Counted from the first letter of the stretch, positions 19,292 to 30,068 are shown. The stretch: 64,000 nucleotides of DNA from Alphaproteobacteria bacterium (GCA_963667785.2 CAXXMU010000001.1:992001-1056000), one strand, 5' to 3'. Numbers and translations are program-made. The notes: generated by a model from the sequence alone, not told the origin.

Positions 19292-20404
19292 CTAGGCTGC
19301 CGCCCGGTCGCCGAGGGCGCGCCTCAGCCTCGGCATCACCTCCTCGGCCACGAGGCGCATGGAGTTGAGTTGGTGCGCCTTGTGGGTCTCGTTCAGGCAG
19401 TCGGTCGCCGTCATCAGGATGGTGCCGAAGGGCCCCACGTCCTCGCGCAGCGCGAGGATCTGTTCGGCGACCGAGTCCGGATCGCCGGCGATCGAGAAGG
19501 CGTCGCAGGCGTAAGCGGGAGTCACGTCTTCGTCCGCCATCTCGGGCCCGCTCTTCATGATGGCGTGGAAGGCGGCGCGCCGGACGAGCGTCACCAGGTA
19601 GCCGTAGTAGTGGGCGAACGGGCCCTCCGGATCGCGCACGTAGGCCTTGGCCCAGGCGTCGTCGTCTGCAACGAAGATCGAGCGGGCGACGCGCCAGTCC
19701 GCCGGCCCCGGCTCGCGGCCGCTCCGCGCGCAGCCGTCGACGAAGCCCTGCCAGTGGTTCCTGATCGTGGAGACCGGCACGAAGTTGGCCGAGATCACCC
19801 CCCAGCCGCGCGCCGCAGCAGAGCTCACGCCGCCGGATTCCGGGCTCATGGCAGACGCGACCAGCGGCGGATGCGGCTTCTGATAGGGCTTGATCATGGC
19901 GCCCACGCCGAGGTCGGGCCAGTGGTAGTCCTCGAGCCTGAGGGTCCAGTACTTGCCCCTGATGTCGTAGGGCGGATCGGTCGACCAGAGCTTGAGCACC
20001 GTCTCGATGGCTTCTCCCGCCATCTCGCGGCGGACCTGCAGGTCGGTCACGCCGAACATCTCGAAGTCGCTGACGAGGCCGCCGGGGCTCACGCCGAGGA
20101 TCAGCCTTCCGTCGCTGAGGTGATCCAGCAGGGCCGCGTGGGCGGCGGTCTGCACCGGATGGCGCTGAGGCAGGTTGACCACGCCGGTGCCGAGCTTCAT
20201 GTGCGTGGTCCGCGCGATCAGGTTGGAGAGGAACATGAAGGGACAGGTCACCGGCTCGCTCAGCGTAGTGTAGTGCTCGCCGATCCAGAACTCGTCGAAG
20301 CCGAGGCGGTCGCAGGCGACCGCGATCTCCACGTCCTCCTTGAGAACCGTGTGGGTATCCCGCCGGTGGTCGTTCACCGGCATCATGAACATGCCGAGCT
20401 TCAT
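19292..20404 (-). CDS. LLM-class (luciferase-like) flavin-dependent oxidoreductase
   Basis: DRLGFDEFWIGEHY, LGTGVVNLP, LDHLSDGRLILGV. Confidence 0.93.
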   Translation of the reverse strand: MKLGMFMMPVNDHRRDTHTVLKEDVEIAVACDRLGFDEFWIGEHYTTLSEPVTCPFMFLSNLIARTTHMKLGTGVVNLPQRHPVQTAAHAALLDHLSDGRLILGVSPGGLVSDFEMFGVTDLQVRREMAGEAIETVLKLWSTDPPYDIRGKYWTLRLEDYHWPDLGVGAMIKPYQKPHPPLVASAMSPESGGVSSAAARGWGVISANFVPVSTIRNHWQGFVDGCARSGREPGPADWRVARSIFVADDDAWAKAYVRDPEGPFAHYYGYLVTLVRRAAFHAIMKSGPEMADEDVTPAYACDAFSIAGDPDSVAEQILALREDVGPFGTILMTATDCLNETHKAHQLNSMRLVAEEVMPRLRRALGDRAAA

Positions 20405-20498
20405 GCCGCCCCCTCTTCAGGCCGGGCCGGACTGAAACACGGACCGGCGGTGCGGGGCAAGCGTCGGCCCCGGCGCGGCCGGCTCGGCCGGCGCGGGC

Positions 20499-21536
20499 TC
20501 AGCACTCTTCGATCGCGCCGCCGGCCTCGCGCCACGAGGCGATGCCGCCGATCATGTGGCAGACATTGCCGATGCCGCCCTGGCGCGAGGTCTCGACCGC
20601 CATCGCCGAGCGCTCGCCGAAGGCGCAGTAGTAGACGAGCCGGTGCCCGGGACGCGCGGCCAGCGCGCGCAGCACGCCGCCTGGGCCGATCATGTCCGCC
20701 AGTCCGCCGTAGGGCGCGTGGATGGAGCCGGGGATCGCCCCCTCGCGCTCGCGCTCGCCGGTCTCCCGCAGGTCGACGAGGATGTCGTCGGGCCGGTGGC
20801 CATGCATGACCTCGTCTGCGCTCAGCGCGCACTCGGGGTGCGCGTCGTCCGCCTGGCCGCGGCCGACGCGGAGATTGGCCGGCACCGCCACGTCCATCAT
20901 CTTCGGGTTGGCAAGGTCCAGCGCATTCATCAGCGCGGCATAGTCGGCGGCCGAGGCGGCCTGGAGGCGGGGATTGAAGCGCCGCTCCTCGCCGATGGTG
21001 CTCACCGTGTCGCCCTTGTAGTCGTGGCCGGGATAGACCAGCGTCTCGTCCGGCAGCGTCAGCAGCTTGCCGAAGAGCGAATCGTACTGCTGCAGGGCAT
21101 CGCCGTTCTGGAAGTCGGTGCGCCCGGTGCCCCGGATCAGCAGCGTGTCGCCTGTGAAGACGCGGTCCTCCATGACGAAGCTGTAGGATTCGGCCGTATG
21201 GCCGGGGGTGTGCAGCGCGCGCAGGCTGACGCCGTCGACCGCCACCTCGTCGCCGTCGCCGACGCGCATGGAGACCACGTCCACCGGCGCCTCCCGGCCC
21301 ATCACGGTGACGCAGCGCGTGCGGTCGCGGAGCTCCGCCATGCCGCTGATGTGGTCGGCGTGGACGTGGGTGTCCACGACCTTGGCGAGCGTCAGCCCGA
21401 GCTCGTCGAGCAGGGTGAGATAGCGCTCCACCTGCTCCTGCACCGGGTCGATGACGAGGGCCTCGCCGCCGGCGCGGCCGCCGAGCAGGTAGGTGTAGGT
21501 CCCCGAGGTCTGGTGATAGAGCTGGCGAAAGATCAT
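20499..21536 (-). CDS. ETHE1-type persulfide dioxygenase (MBL fold)-rhodanese fusion
   Basis: THVHADHISG, TPGHT, GTGRTDFQNG, YPGHDYKG; C-terminal rhodanese YCAFGERS. Confidence 0.9.
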   Translation of the reverse strand: MIFRQLYHQTSGTYTYLLGGRAGGEALVIDPVQEQVERYLTLLDELGLTLAKVVDTHVHADHISGMAELRDRTRCVTVMGREAPVDVVSMRVGDGDEVAVDGVSLRALHTPGHTAESYSFVMEDRVFTGDTLLIRGTGRTDFQNGDALQQYDSLFGKLLTLPDETLVYPGHDYKGDTVSTIGEERRFNPRLQAASAADYAALMNALDLANPKMMDVAVPANLRVGRGQADDAHPECALSADEVMHGHRPDDILVDLRETGEREREGAIPGSIHAPYGGLADMIGPGGVLRALAARPGHRLVYYCAFGERSAMAVETSRQGGIGNVCHMIGGIASWREAGGAIEEC

Positions 21537-21631
21537 CGCCCGTCATCCGCCGGTCGAATCGTCCGCGCCATTGTAAGGCCTCGGCGCACCCTCGGACCAC
21601 CGGGCAACGCTGTCGGTAGCGGAGGCTGCCG

Positions 21632-22276
21632 CTACCGCCGTTCCCCGCATTTGCGCCAGACCGTCGCCAGCCAGGGCTGCTCGGCGCGGGGGCGGCCGGG
21701 CGGCCGGTAGTAGTGGTGGAGCTCGGCGAAGCCTGCGCCGGTGACGAGCGCCCGCCAGGTCTCGAGGTCGTAGAAGCAGCCGTAGCGGCCGCCGACCCAG
21801 CCTTCCTCGTTGGCGCCGCGCGGGTTCGAGCAGAAGAGCACGCCGCCGGGCTTCAGCGCCGCCGCGAGATCGGCCAGCACGCGCGCAATCTGGCTGCTCG
21901 GCACGTGGAAGAGCGCGGCGTTGGCGAAGATCCCGTCGAAGCGGGCGTGCGGCAGGTCGAGGGCGAGGAAATCCTGGTGCAGCACCGGGCAGTCGCCCTC
22001 GGCCCGTGCCAGCGCCACCAGCGCACCTGCGCCGTCGAGCCCCGTCACGTCGTGGCCGAGGGCAGCGAAGGCGCGCAGATCCCGGCCCGGGCCGCAGCCG
22101 AGATCGAGGATCGAATAGGGCGCTTCGCCCTCGATCGCCTCCAGGAGCGCCGCGATGTTCTGGCTCACGTCGTGGTCTGCCGTGCCGAGGCGGTAGGCAT
22201 CCGCCATGCGGTCGTATTCCGCCAGCGTGATGGCGACAGCCTCCCTGGCTTCCTCGTCTCGCGCGGATCTGTTCAT
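21632..22276 (-). CDS. Class I SAM-dependent methyltransferase
   Basis: ILDLGCGPGRD; FDGIFANAALFHV. Confidence 0.92.
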   Translation of the reverse strand: MNRSARDEEAREAVAITLAEYDRMADAYRLGTADHDVSQNIAALLEAIEGEAPYSILDLGCGPGRDLRAFAALGHDVTGLDGAGALVALARAEGDCPVLHQDFLALDLPHARFDGIFANAALFHVPSSQIARVLADLAAALKPGGVLFCSNPRGANEEGWVGGRYGCFYDLETWRALVTGAGFAELHHYYRPPGRPRAEQPWLATVWRKCGERR

Positions 22277-22347
22277 TGAATCAATGCGTTGGCGGCGCGA
22301 TGGCCGCAGGGGTGGGACTGCGCTAGACTCGGGGGAAGGGAGGCCGC

Positions 22348-24714
22348 ATGAGCCAGCTCGTGAACGAACCGGCCGTCGCGCCGGAGACCCTTGCCTGCCT
22401 GAACGCGCTCGAGCGCAAAGTGCTGTGGCTGTCGTCGTGGATGGTCCACAACGCGAACCATCTTCGCCCGGCCGAGGACGGGCTCAAGGTGGGCGGGCAC
22501 CAGGCCTCCTGCGCCTCGGTCGCGACGCTGATGACGGCGCTCTACTTCGATGTGCTCGGGCCGAACGACCGGGTCGCGGTGAAGCCCCACGCGAGCCCGG
22601 TCTTCCACGCGATCCAGTACCTCTTCGGCAACCAGACTCAGGCCAAGCTGGAGGGCTTCAGGGCCTTCGGCGGGGCGCAGAGCTATCCGTCGCGCACCAA
22701 GGACAGCGACGATGTCGACATCTCCACGGGCTCGGTCGGGCTCGGCGTCGGCATGACGCTCTTCGCCTCCATGGTCCAGGACTATGTGCGCTTCCACAAG
22801 CTCGCGCCGGAGGAGCGCGCGCCCGGCCGCATGATCGCGATCGTGGGCGACGCGGAGCTCGACGAGGGCAACGTCTTCGAGGCGCTGCTGGAGGGCTGGA
22901 AGCACGATGTCCACAACCTCTGGTGGATCATCGACTATAACCGCCAGAGCCTCGATCGCGTGGTCTCCGATCGGCTGTTCCAGAAGATCAAGGACTTCTT
23001 CCAGGCGGTCGGCTGGAAGGTGGTGATCCTGAAGTACGGCCGCCGCCAGCAGGCCGCCTTCGCCAGGCCCGGCGGCGAGTCGCTCCGCCAGTGGATCGAC
23101 GACTGCCCCAACGAGCTCTACTGCGCGCTCACCTTCAAGGGCGGCGCCGCCTGGCGCGAACGGCTGCTGCAGGACATCGGCACTGTCGCCGGCGTGAAGA
23201 CGCTGCTCGCCGGCTACGACGACGACGGCCTGCAGGACCTGATGACCAATCTCGCCGGTCACGACATGGAAGCGGTGCTGGAGGCGCTGCGCGAGGTCGA
23301 TTCCGACGTTCCCCACTGCTTCATTGCTTACACCATCAAGGGCTTCGGCCTCCCCTTCGCCGGCCACAAGGACAACCACGCCGGCATCATGACCGAAGAG
23401 CAGATGGCCGGATTCCGCGCCGCGATGGACGTGGACGAGGGCGCCGAGTGGTCGCGCTTCGCCGGCCTCGGGCTCGACGAGAAGACCCTGAAGGAGTTCA
23501 TCGCGGCGGTGCCCTTCAACCGCAAGCCGGGCCGGCACTCGGCGCCCCGCGTGGCGCTGCCCGACTCGCTGCCCTTCCGCCCCGGCCCCCGCATGTCCAC
23601 GCAGGAGGCCTTCGGCCGCATCCTCAACGAGCTCGGCAAGGGCGAGAGCGCGCTCGCCGAGCGCATCGTCACCACCTCGCCCGATGTCACGGTCTCCACC
23701 AATCTCGGCGGCTGGGTGAACCAGCGCGGCATCTTCGACCGTGCCGACCGGGAGGACGTCTTCCGCTCGGAAAAGGTGGTCTCGATGCAGAAGTGGTCGC
23801 TCAGCCGGAACGGCCAGCACATCGAGCTCGGGATCGCGGAGAACAACCTCTTCCTGCTGCTGGCGGCGCTCGGGCTCGCGGACGGCTTCTACGGCACCCG
23901 GCTGCTGCCGGTGGGCACGGTGTACGATCCCTTCATCGCCCGCGGCCTCGATGCGCTCAACTACGCCTGCTATCAGGACGCGCGCTTCATGCTGGCGGGC
24001 ACGCCGTCCGGCATTACGCTGGCACCCGAGGGCGGCGCGCACCAGTCGGTCGGCACGCCGCTGCTCGGCATGGGCCAGCCGGGGCTCACCTCGTTCGAGC
24101 CCGCCTTCGCCGACGAGCTCGCCGAGATCATGCTGTGGGGCTTCGGCCACCTGCAGGAGCCTTCGGGCGGCGCCTTCTATTGCCGCCTCTCCACCCGCAC
24201 CATCGACCAGCCGGCGCGCGAGGTCGATGCGGCGCTGCGGAGCGACATCCTGGCCGGCGGCTACTGGCAGGTGGAGCCCGGCGCGCAGGCGCCGCTGGCC
24301 GTGGTCTATTCCGGCGCCGTCGCGCCCGAGGTCCAGGCGGCCCACGAAGCGCTGGCGGACGAGATACCGGGGATCGGCCTGCTCTGCGTCACCTCGGCCG
24401 ACCGGCTCTATTCGGATCTGCTTGCGGCGGCCGGCGCGCGCGCGAGCGGCGAGGTGCCGCCCGTGGCGCATGCGGAGACCCTGCTCGCCCGGCTGCCGGC
24501 CGATGCGTCGCTGGTCACCGTACTGGACGGTCACCCGGCGGCGCTCTCATGGCTCGGTACGGTCGCAGGCCACCGCGCCTATCCGCTGGGCGTCACGGGC
24601 TTCGGCGAATCCGGCGACATCCCTGCGCTCTACGCCAAGCACCGGATCGACACCGACGCCATCCTCGACATGGCAGCGCTCGCCTGCGTCGACCGCGCCC
24701 GGCGCCGCAACTGA
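22348..24714 (+). CDS. Homodimeric 2-oxoacid (pyruvate) dehydrogenase E1-like ThDP enzyme (AceE/transketolase family)
   Basis: KVGGHQAS, KPHASP, STGSVGLG, ThDP motif GDAELDEG..NRQSLD, LGIAENN, EGGAHQS. Confidence 0.88.
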   Translation: MSQLVNEPAVAPETLACLNALERKVLWLSSWMVHNANHLRPAEDGLKVGGHQASCASVATLMTALYFDVLGPNDRVAVKPHASPVFHAIQYLFGNQTQAKLEGFRAFGGAQSYPSRTKDSDDVDISTGSVGLGVGMTLFASMVQDYVRFHKLAPEERAPGRMIAIVGDAELDEGNVFEALLEGWKHDVHNLWWIIDYNRQSLDRVVSDRLFQKIKDFFQAVGWKVVILKYGRRQQAAFARPGGESLRQWIDDCPNELYCALTFKGGAAWRERLLQDIGTVAGVKTLLAGYDDDGLQDLMTNLAGHDMEAVLEALREVDSDVPHCFIAYTIKGFGLPFAGHKDNHAGIMTEEQMAGFRAAMDVDEGAEWSRFAGLGLDEKTLKEFIAAVPFNRKPGRHSAPRVALPDSLPFRPGPRMSTQEAFGRILNELGKGESALAERIVTTSPDVTVSTNLGGWVNQRGIFDRADREDVFRSEKVVSMQKWSLSRNGQHIELGIAENNLFLLLAALGLADGFYGTRLLPVGTVYDPFIARGLDALNYACYQDARFMLAGTPSGITLAPEGGAHQSVGTPLLGMGQPGLTSFEPAFADELAEIMLWGFGHLQEPSGGAFYCRLSTRTIDQPAREVDAALRSDILAGGYWQVEPGAQAPLAVVYSGAVAPEVQAAHEALADEIPGIGLLCVTSADRLYSDLLAAAGARASGEVPPVAHAETLLARLPADASLVTVLDGHPAALSWLGTVAGHRAYPLGVTGFGESGDIPALYAKHRIDTDAILDMAALACVDRARRRN

Positions 24715-24724
24715 CCTCGGCAGG

Positions 24725-25912
24725 CTAGCCGGCCGGCTCGGTGCGCATGTGGGGCGGCATCCAGCGCACCTGGTCCTCGGTGCCGTAAGCCAAGAACTCG
24801 GACGGCTTGCGCCGCTGCTTCAGCATCCAGGGGTGCAGGACCGGCATGTTGTAGTAGAACCGCGCCGCCCAGTGGGGCCAGAGAATGAGCGGCCAGGTGA
24901 TCGTCGACCAGAGCTGCGTGTGCTCCGAGATCGGCCGCTGGCGCTCTTCCCAGTGGTTCAGAACCCGGTCAATGTCGTCGGATTCGCGCAGCATGTTGGC
25001 GAGCGAGAGGGCGTTGGAGATCGCGGTGCCGCAGCCCTGGCCGAGCCCCGGCGACATGGCATGGGCCGAATCGCCCACGATGGCGACACGGCCCTTGCTC
25101 CAGGCCTTGAGCTTGATCGTCTCGAAGCGGTCGTAGCGGCCCTCGTCCGGGACCCGCTCGATCATGGAGGCGAGGTGCGGGAAGGCCTCGGTCCAGAGTG
25201 ACTTCGGCAAGGGCAGCCGCGATGCCTCGGTATCGCGCGCGAGCATGATGAACGCCAGATAGAAGACCTCGCGCGTGCACGGCGTGTAGAGCACCCGGCG
25301 ATAGCCGTTCCACCACTCGCGGATGGTGCGGCCCTCCTCGGTGTCGGCATAGCCCGGCTCGTGCGGCACGAGGACGCGGATGGCGCCGTCCACGTGGGGC
25401 TTGCGGCTCTTCAGCAGGCCGAGAGAATCGCGCACCTTGGAGTTGATCCCGTCGGCAGCGATGACGAGGTCCGCCGGCCACTCGCGCCCGTCCTCGGTAA
25501 CGAGCGTGCCCTCCGGCCGCGCCGCGCTCGCCGTCGAGCTGGTCACGATCTCGACGCCCGCCCGCTCCGCTGCGCCCAGGATCGCAGCGAGGAGCTGCTG
25601 GCGGGTGATGCAGAACATGCGCGAGCGGTCGGTGCTGGTGATGGGCGCAAACGGCACCTCGTCGATGAAGCGGCCCCTGGCGTCGCGGCTGATGTAGGTG
25701 GGCGCCTCGGTGCAGCCCTCCAGCGCCTCGTCGGCGGCGCCGATGGCCTTCAGCACGCGCACGCCGTTGTCCCAGATCCAGATGCCGGCACCGAAGGCGC
25801 GGATCTCCGGCGTGCGCTCGTGGACGCGCACGCTCCAGCCGGCCTGGGCCAGCGCCGCGCCCATGGTGAGCCCGGTGAAGCCGCCGCCGGCGATCTCCGC
25901 GTGTCGCGCCAT
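24725..25912 (-). CDS. FAD-dependent oxygenase, MHPCO (2-methyl-3-hydroxypyridine-5-carboxylate oxygenase)-like, copy 2
   Basis: Real start MARHAEIAGGGFTG at 25912 (GAGGAGG RBS); RAFGAGIWIW, ADGINSKVRD, GDSAHAMSPGLGQG. Confidence 0.88.
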   Translation of the reverse strand: MARHAEIAGGGFTGLTMGAALAQAGWSVRVHERTPEIRAFGAGIWIWDNGVRVLKAIGAADEALEGCTEAPTYISRDARGRFIDEVPFAPITSTDRSRMFCITRQQLLAAILGAAERAGVEIVTSSTASAARPEGTLVTEDGREWPADLVIAADGINSKVRDSLGLLKSRKPHVDGAIRVLVPHEPGYADTEEGRTIREWWNGYRRVLYTPCTREVFYLAFIMLARDTEASRLPLPKSLWTEAFPHLASMIERVPDEGRYDRFETIKLKAWSKGRVAIVGDSAHAMSPGLGQGCGTAISNALSLANMLRESDDIDRVLNHWEERQRPISEHTQLWSTITWPLILWPHWAARFYYNMPVLHPWMLKQRRKPSEFLAYGTEDQVRWMPPHMRTEPAG

Positions 25913-25935
25913 GCCCTCCTCGCGCCGAGCCCCGT

Positions 25936-27129
25936 CTACGCGGCGGCCTCGGCCTCGCTGCGCATGTGGGGCGGCATCCAGCGCACCTGGTCCTCGGTGC
26001 CGTAGGCGTAGAACTCCGACGGTTTGCGCCGCTGCTTCAGCACCCAGGGATGCAGGATCGGCATGTTGTAGTACATGCGCGCCGCCCAGTGCGGCCAGAG
26101 GGTGAGCGGCCAGGTGATGGTCGACCAGAGTTGGGTGTGTTCGGAGATCGACCGTTGGCGGGCTTCCCACCGCGCGAGCACGCGCTCGATATCGTCGGAC
26201 TCGCGCAGCATGTTGACGAGGGAGAGGGCGTTGGAGATCGCCGTGCCGCAGCCCTGGCCGAGCCCCGGCGACATGGCGTGGGCCGAATCGCCCACGATGG
26301 CGACGCGGCCCTTGCTCCAGGCCTTGAGCTTGATGGTCTCGAAGCGGTCGTAGCGGCCCTCGTCCGGCACCCGGTCGATCATCGACTTGAGGTGCGGAAA
26401 GGCCTCGGTCCAGACCGCCCGCGGCAGGGGAATCTGGGCCGCCGCCGCATCGCTCGCGAGCATGGTGAAGCAGAGGTAGAAGACGTCGCGGTTGCAGGGC
26501 GTATAGAGCACCCGCCGATAGCCGCTCCACCACTCGCGGATGGTGCGGCCCTCCTCGGTGTCGGCGTAGCCCGGCTCGTGCGGCACGAGGACGCGGATGG
26601 CGCCGTCCACGTGGGGCTTGCGGCTCTTCAGCAGGCCGAGCGAATCCCGCACCTTGGAGTTGATCCCGTCGGCGGCGATGACGAGGTCCGCCGGCCACTC
26701 GCGCCCGCCCTCGGTGATGAGAGTGCCGTCGGCCTTCGCGCCTGTCGCGTGCGAATCGGTGATGATCTCGACGCCCGCGCGCTCCGCCGCGCCGAAGATC
26801 GCGGCGAGAAGCTGCTGGCGGGTGATGCAGAACATGCGCGATTGATCGGTGCTGGTGATGGGCGCGAAGGGCATCTCGTCGATGAAGCGGCCCCTGGCGT
26901 CGCGGCTGATATAGGTCGGCGCCTCGGTGCAGCCTTCCAGCGCCTCGTCGGCGGCGCCGATCGCCTTCAGCACGCGCACCCCGTTGTCCCAGATCCAGAT
27001 GCCGGCGCCGAAGGCGCGGATCTCCTCCGTGCGCTCGTGCACCCGTGCGGTCCAGCCGGCCTGGGCGAGCGCCGCGCCCATGGTGAGCCCGGTGAAGCCG
27101 CCGCCGGCGATCTCGACATGTCGCGTCAT
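25936..27129 (-). CDS. FAD-dependent oxygenase, MHPCO-like, copy 1
   Basis: Same motifs; near-identical tandem paralog. Confidence 0.88.
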   Translation of the reverse strand: MTRHVEIAGGGFTGLTMGAALAQAGWTARVHERTEEIRAFGAGIWIWDNGVRVLKAIGAADEALEGCTEAPTYISRDARGRFIDEMPFAPITSTDQSRMFCITRQQLLAAIFGAAERAGVEIITDSHATGAKADGTLITEGGREWPADLVIAADGINSKVRDSLGLLKSRKPHVDGAIRVLVPHEPGYADTEEGRTIREWWSGYRRVLYTPCNRDVFYLCFTMLASDAAAAQIPLPRAVWTEAFPHLKSMIDRVPDEGRYDRFETIKLKAWSKGRVAIVGDSAHAMSPGLGQGCGTAISNALSLVNMLRESDDIERVLARWEARQRSISEHTQLWSTITWPLTLWPHWAARMYYNMPILHPWVLKQRRKPSEFYAYGTEDQVRWMPPHMRSEAEAAA

Positions 27130-27175
27130 GGTCGTCCCGTTTGCTTGGCTCGTCGTCTCGTTGCGCCCGGCCGGA

Positions 27176-28906
27176 CTATACCCGGACGCAGTCGAGCAGG
27201 TGCTGGGTATAGGGGTGGCGGGGGGTGTCGAACAGGCGATCGGTCTCGTTGATCTCGACGATCCGCCCTGCCTGCATCACCGCCACCGTGTCGCAATAGT
27301 GCGCGGCGATGCCGAGGTCGCCGGTGATGAGGAGGCGCGCCGTGCCGGCGTCCTCGGCAAGCGTGCGGGTGAGGTCGAGCACCTGGCGCTGGATCGTCAC
27401 GTCGAGCCCGGCGGTGGGCTCGTCCGCGATGAGCAGCTTGGGGTGGTACATCAGCGCCATGGCGAGGCAGACCCGCTGGGCCATGCCGCCGCTCAGCTCG
27501 TGGGGGAAGGCGTTCAGCCGCTGCGCCGGGTCGACGATGCCCACCATCTCCAGGAGCTGGATCGCGCGCGCCTCGGCGTCCTTCGCCCTGATCTTCTCAT
27601 GGGCCTGCAGCGCGCTGCGCAGCATGTCGCCGACGCTGGTGAGCGGATTGAGCTGCGACTTCGCGTTGGGCAGGATTGCCGCGATCTGCGTCGTGCGCAT
27701 CGCCCGCATGGAGCGCTTGTCGATCCCGAGCAGCTCGCGGTCGAGGTAGCGCACGGAGCCCGAGGTGACGGCGAGCTCCGGGGGCAGGAGCTGCAGCAGC
27801 GCCTTCACCAGAACCGACTTGCCCGAGCCGGATTCGCCCACGATCCCCATACTGTGACCGGCCTCGAGCGCAAGATGGATTTCGCTCAGCAGCGGCTGGC
27901 GCGAGTCGACGGCGACGACACCCAGGTGCTCCACCGCGAGCACCGGTTCGCTCATGTGAGAGAGGGCGAGGGTTGGGGCCTCGGGCACCTCGGGCTCGTC
28001 GCCGCCCGTCTCCAGCGCGGCCTCCCGGCGGCGGTCGGTCTCGCGCCTGACCGCGCGCGGCTCCATAACCTGGGTCATGATCTCGCCGAAGATGCCGAAG
28101 GAGAAGACGATCAGGCCGAGCGCGATGCCGGGGAAGAACGCGGCCCACCACTGCCCGATCTCCAGGTACTTGGCGCCCGAGGCGATCATGGCGCCGAGCT
28201 CGGGCGTCGGCGGCTTGACGCCTGCGCCGACGAAGCTGAGCCCCGCCGTGAGCAGGATGGCGAAGCCCACCGTGACCGAGACTTGCACGATGACCGTCGG
28301 CAGCGCGTTGGGCAGCACGTGGCGGAAGCCGATGCGCACCTCGCGGTTGCCGGCGGCACGCGCGGCCTCGGCGAAGGGCCGCTGCACCAGCGAGAGCACG
28401 TCCGAGCGCACGATGCGCACGAAGACCGGCGTGTTCACGAAGGCGATGGCGATGATGATGTTGGTGACGCTGCCGCCGAAGACCGCGACCAGCACCATCG
28501 CGAAGACGAACACGGGGAAGGACTGGATCACCTCCAGCAGGCGCATGAAGGTCTCGGCGAACGCCGTCGAACCCGCGCCGCCCCGGCTCTCGTAGAGCGC
28601 CACGATGACGCCGAGCGGCGTGCCGATGACGACCGAGAGCGCGGTGGCGACGACGCCGATCACCACATCGGTGCGGGGCGCCGCCAGCACGCGGGAGAAG
28701 ATGTCGATCCCGTTCTCGTCGGTGCCGAAGGGATACGTGCCGCTGGGCGGCAGCAGGCGGGTGGTGGGTTCGGCGACCTCGGTGGCGAAGGGCGCGAGAT
28801 AGGGGCCGAAGATGGTGAGGAAGATCCACCCGAAGAACATCACCAGCACGGCGAGCTGCCACTTGGGCAGCGCCCTGAGCGTGCGCATGATGCGGAGCCA
28901 GACCAT
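27176..28906 (-). CDS. Peptide/nickel-type ABC transporter permease-ATPase fusion (DppC-DppD like)
   Basis: FGTDENGIDIFSR and EAARAAG permease; GESGSGKS, LSGGMAQR, IADEPT ATPase. Confidence 0.9.
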   Translation of the reverse strand: MVWLRIMRTLRALPKWQLAVLVMFFGWIFLTIFGPYLAPFATEVAEPTTRLLPPSGTYPFGTDENGIDIFSRVLAAPRTDVVIGVVATALSVVIGTPLGVIVALYESRGGAGSTAFAETFMRLLEVIQSFPVFVFAMVLVAVFGGSVTNIIIAIAFVNTPVFVRIVRSDVLSLVQRPFAEAARAAGNREVRIGFRHVLPNALPTVIVQVSVTVGFAILLTAGLSFVGAGVKPPTPELGAMIASGAKYLEIGQWWAAFFPGIALGLIVFSFGIFGEIMTQVMEPRAVRRETDRRREAALETGGDEPEVPEAPTLALSHMSEPVLAVEHLGVVAVDSRQPLLSEIHLALEAGHSMGIVGESGSGKSVLVKALLQLLPPELAVTSGSVRYLDRELLGIDKRSMRAMRTTQIAAILPNAKSQLNPLTSVGDMLRSALQAHEKIRAKDAEARAIQLLEMVGIVDPAQRLNAFPHELSGGMAQRVCLAMALMYHPKLLIADEPTAGLDVTIQRQVLDLTRTLAEDAGTARLLITGDLGIAAHYCDTVAVMQAGRIVEINETDRLFDTPRHPYTQHLLDCVRV

Positions 28907-28921
28907 CGCCCGCCGCCGCCT

Positions 28922-29977
28922 CTAGGCCTCGGTCCCGCCGATCTTGATGCGGGGGTCCATCGCGAAGTGGATCAGGTCCACGGCGAGATAGACCAGCATC
29001 GTGAAGATCGCGGCGAAGCAGACGAAGCCCTGGATCGGGGCATAGTCGGCGGTGACGATGCCGTTGATCGCGTACTGGCCGAGCCCGACGTAGTTGAACA
29101 CCCGCTCCACCAGCACCGCGCCGCCCAGCAGGAACATCACGACGACGCCGGTGATCACCAGAGTCGGGCCGGCGGCGACCCGGGCCGCGCGCGTGAGCAC
29201 GATCCGAGGCGCCAGCCCCACGGCCTCCGCGTAGGTCGTGTAGTCGGCCTTGAGCGCGCCTTCCATCTGGCTGCGCAGCATCTTGAAGATCGGCGCGCCG
29301 TAGACGAAGGCCAGCGTGAAGACCGGCATGATCAGGTGCATGAAGCCCGACCAGAAGATCTCCATGTCGCCCGCGACCAGCGAGTCGATGAGGATCGAGC
29401 CGGTCACGAAGGGCGGCTCGAAATCGAGGATGCCGAGCCTGCCCTCCGGCCCCGGCAGGATCTCGGCCGGCATCAGCCCGGCGGCGCCGGCGAAGAGGAA
29501 GAAGATCAGCACCAGGCCGAGCAGGAAGTCGGGCAAGGCGCCGGCCAGCATGCCGTAGCCGAAGGTGATGTTCTGGAACACCCGCACGATCAGGTTCCGT
29601 GTGCGGCTCGCGGTGATGATCGCGAGCGGGACCAGAACCAGAAAGACCACGAACAGCGCGAGGAAGATGAGTTCCAGGGTCACCGGAATGCGGTGAACCA
29701 GATCGTCGATCACCTGCGTGTTGTTGACCCAGGATTCGCCGAGATCGCCCTGAAAGGCGTTCTCCAGCCAGATCACGTACTGCTCGGGGATCGGCCGGTC
29801 GAGATACATCTTCGCGCGCAGCGCCTCGACCGAGGATTCCGGCGCGAGCGGGCCTAACGAGAGCCGCGCCGGATCGCCCGGCAGCAGGCGCACCAGCACG
29901 AAGGTGATGAACGAGATCAGAAAGACCTGAGGAATCAGGAAGAGGAAGCGGCGCCCGATATAGAGGGCAAGACGCAT
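28922..29977 (-). CDS. Peptide-type ABC permease (DppB-like)
   Basis: LLPGDPA, GDLGES, GAVLVERVF, DY..IQG, DPRI. Confidence 0.92.
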   Translation of the reverse strand: MRLALYIGRRFLFLIPQVFLISFITFVLVRLLPGDPARLSLGPLAPESSVEALRAKMYLDRPIPEQYVIWLENAFQGDLGESWVNNTQVIDDLVHRIPVTLELIFLALFVVFLVLVPLAIITASRTRNLIVRVFQNITFGYGMLAGALPDFLLGLVLIFFLFAGAAGLMPAEILPGPEGRLGILDFEPPFVTGSILIDSLVAGDMEIFWSGFMHLIMPVFTLAFVYGAPIFKMLRSQMEGALKADYTTYAEAVGLAPRIVLTRAARVAAGPTLVITGVVVMFLLGGAVLVERVFNYVGLGQYAINGIVTADYAPIQGFVCFAAIFTMLVYLAVDLIHFAMDPRIKIGGTEA

Positions 29978-30068
29978 GGCCCGTCCCGCTCAGGTCGCCG
30001 TGCCGCGCCCGGCACGGCGGGCGCACACATGCGCCGGCGACGCCGGGGCAGCAGGCGGGCATGAAAGT

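Noticed and set aside
25913-26698. 657-aa version of the second oxygenase in the ORF track
   Set aside because: The extension is an alternate frame of the upstream paralog; the real start is 25912 with an RBS and a matching paralog N-terminus.
26927-29857. Long antisense or alternate-frame ORFs (e.g. 976 aa here, 49809..53564, 41476..44106, 5806..7827)
   Set aside because: Shadow ORFs expected in high-GC DNA opposite well-supported genes; Arg/Gly/Pro-rich with no motifs.
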